Below, in pieces: positions 63,974 to 64,000 of a stretch of DNA of 64,000 nt. The stretch comes from Bacteroidaceae bacterium (GTDB lineage: Bacteria; Bacteroidota; Bacteroidia; Bacteroidales; Bacteroidaceae). A program made the position numbers and the translations under genes. The stretch lies in the NCBI GenBank assembly GCA_017542145.1, contig JAFXXQ010000019.1, positions 4,669-68,668 of the forward strand, in the 5' to 3' direction. Under the pieces are notes generated by a model. It did not search any database. It had not been told where the DNA came from and worked only from the letters and a program-made list of their open reading frames with translations. Every line of letters begins with the position of its first letter. The first letter of the stretch is position 1.

Positions 63974-64000
63974 CAAATACCGAGTTTGTCATAAAGACGG

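Overview
Chromosomal window from a Bacteroidota genome, probably Prevotellaceae-like. Supporting signs are TTTG-N19-21-TAnnTTTG promoters, a T9SS C-terminal sorting domain, an rseC-rnfBCDGEA operon, many lipoprotein and Tat signals, and a long-form S16. About 50 protein genes and one tRNA-Lys are supported; there is no rRNA, CRISPR array, or intact transposase or integrase. Housekeeping genes (tdk, lpxH, efp, rpmH, rluD, ddl, rny, zapA, gap, mscL, rpsP, rnf, galE) are mixed with glycan-utilisation genes (GH29, GH31, GH38-like). Two periplasmic Gfo/Idh/MocA + xylose-isomerase-like TIM-barrel sets are present. One follows a NapC/NirT tetrahaem cytochrome fused to an FGE-like domain. The other, together with a DUF1080 gene, lies between tatA and tatC. 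A WWW leader peptide with terminator/antiterminator logic precedes a stand-alone trpB2 plus cysteine-synthase-like operon. Region 27.1-35.5 kb looks accessory: an AT-rich two-gene islet, a membrane-anchored TPR/HTH regulator, an iteron-like array with a frameshifted wHTH gene, and a 1326-aa T9SS cargo protein with a 603-bp tandem duplication. The most unusual feature is the density of short repeat families: GC-rich palindromic elements, a TGCCGAGTCG...GACGAAGA element, word-like heptamer/octamer tracts and 21-bp phased arrays. Several of these appear to sit in-frame inside coding sequences. No complete, recognisably new multi-gene system such as a defence island could be demonstrated by eye. 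All coordinates of non-coding elements are hand-counted and may be off by 1-2 nt.
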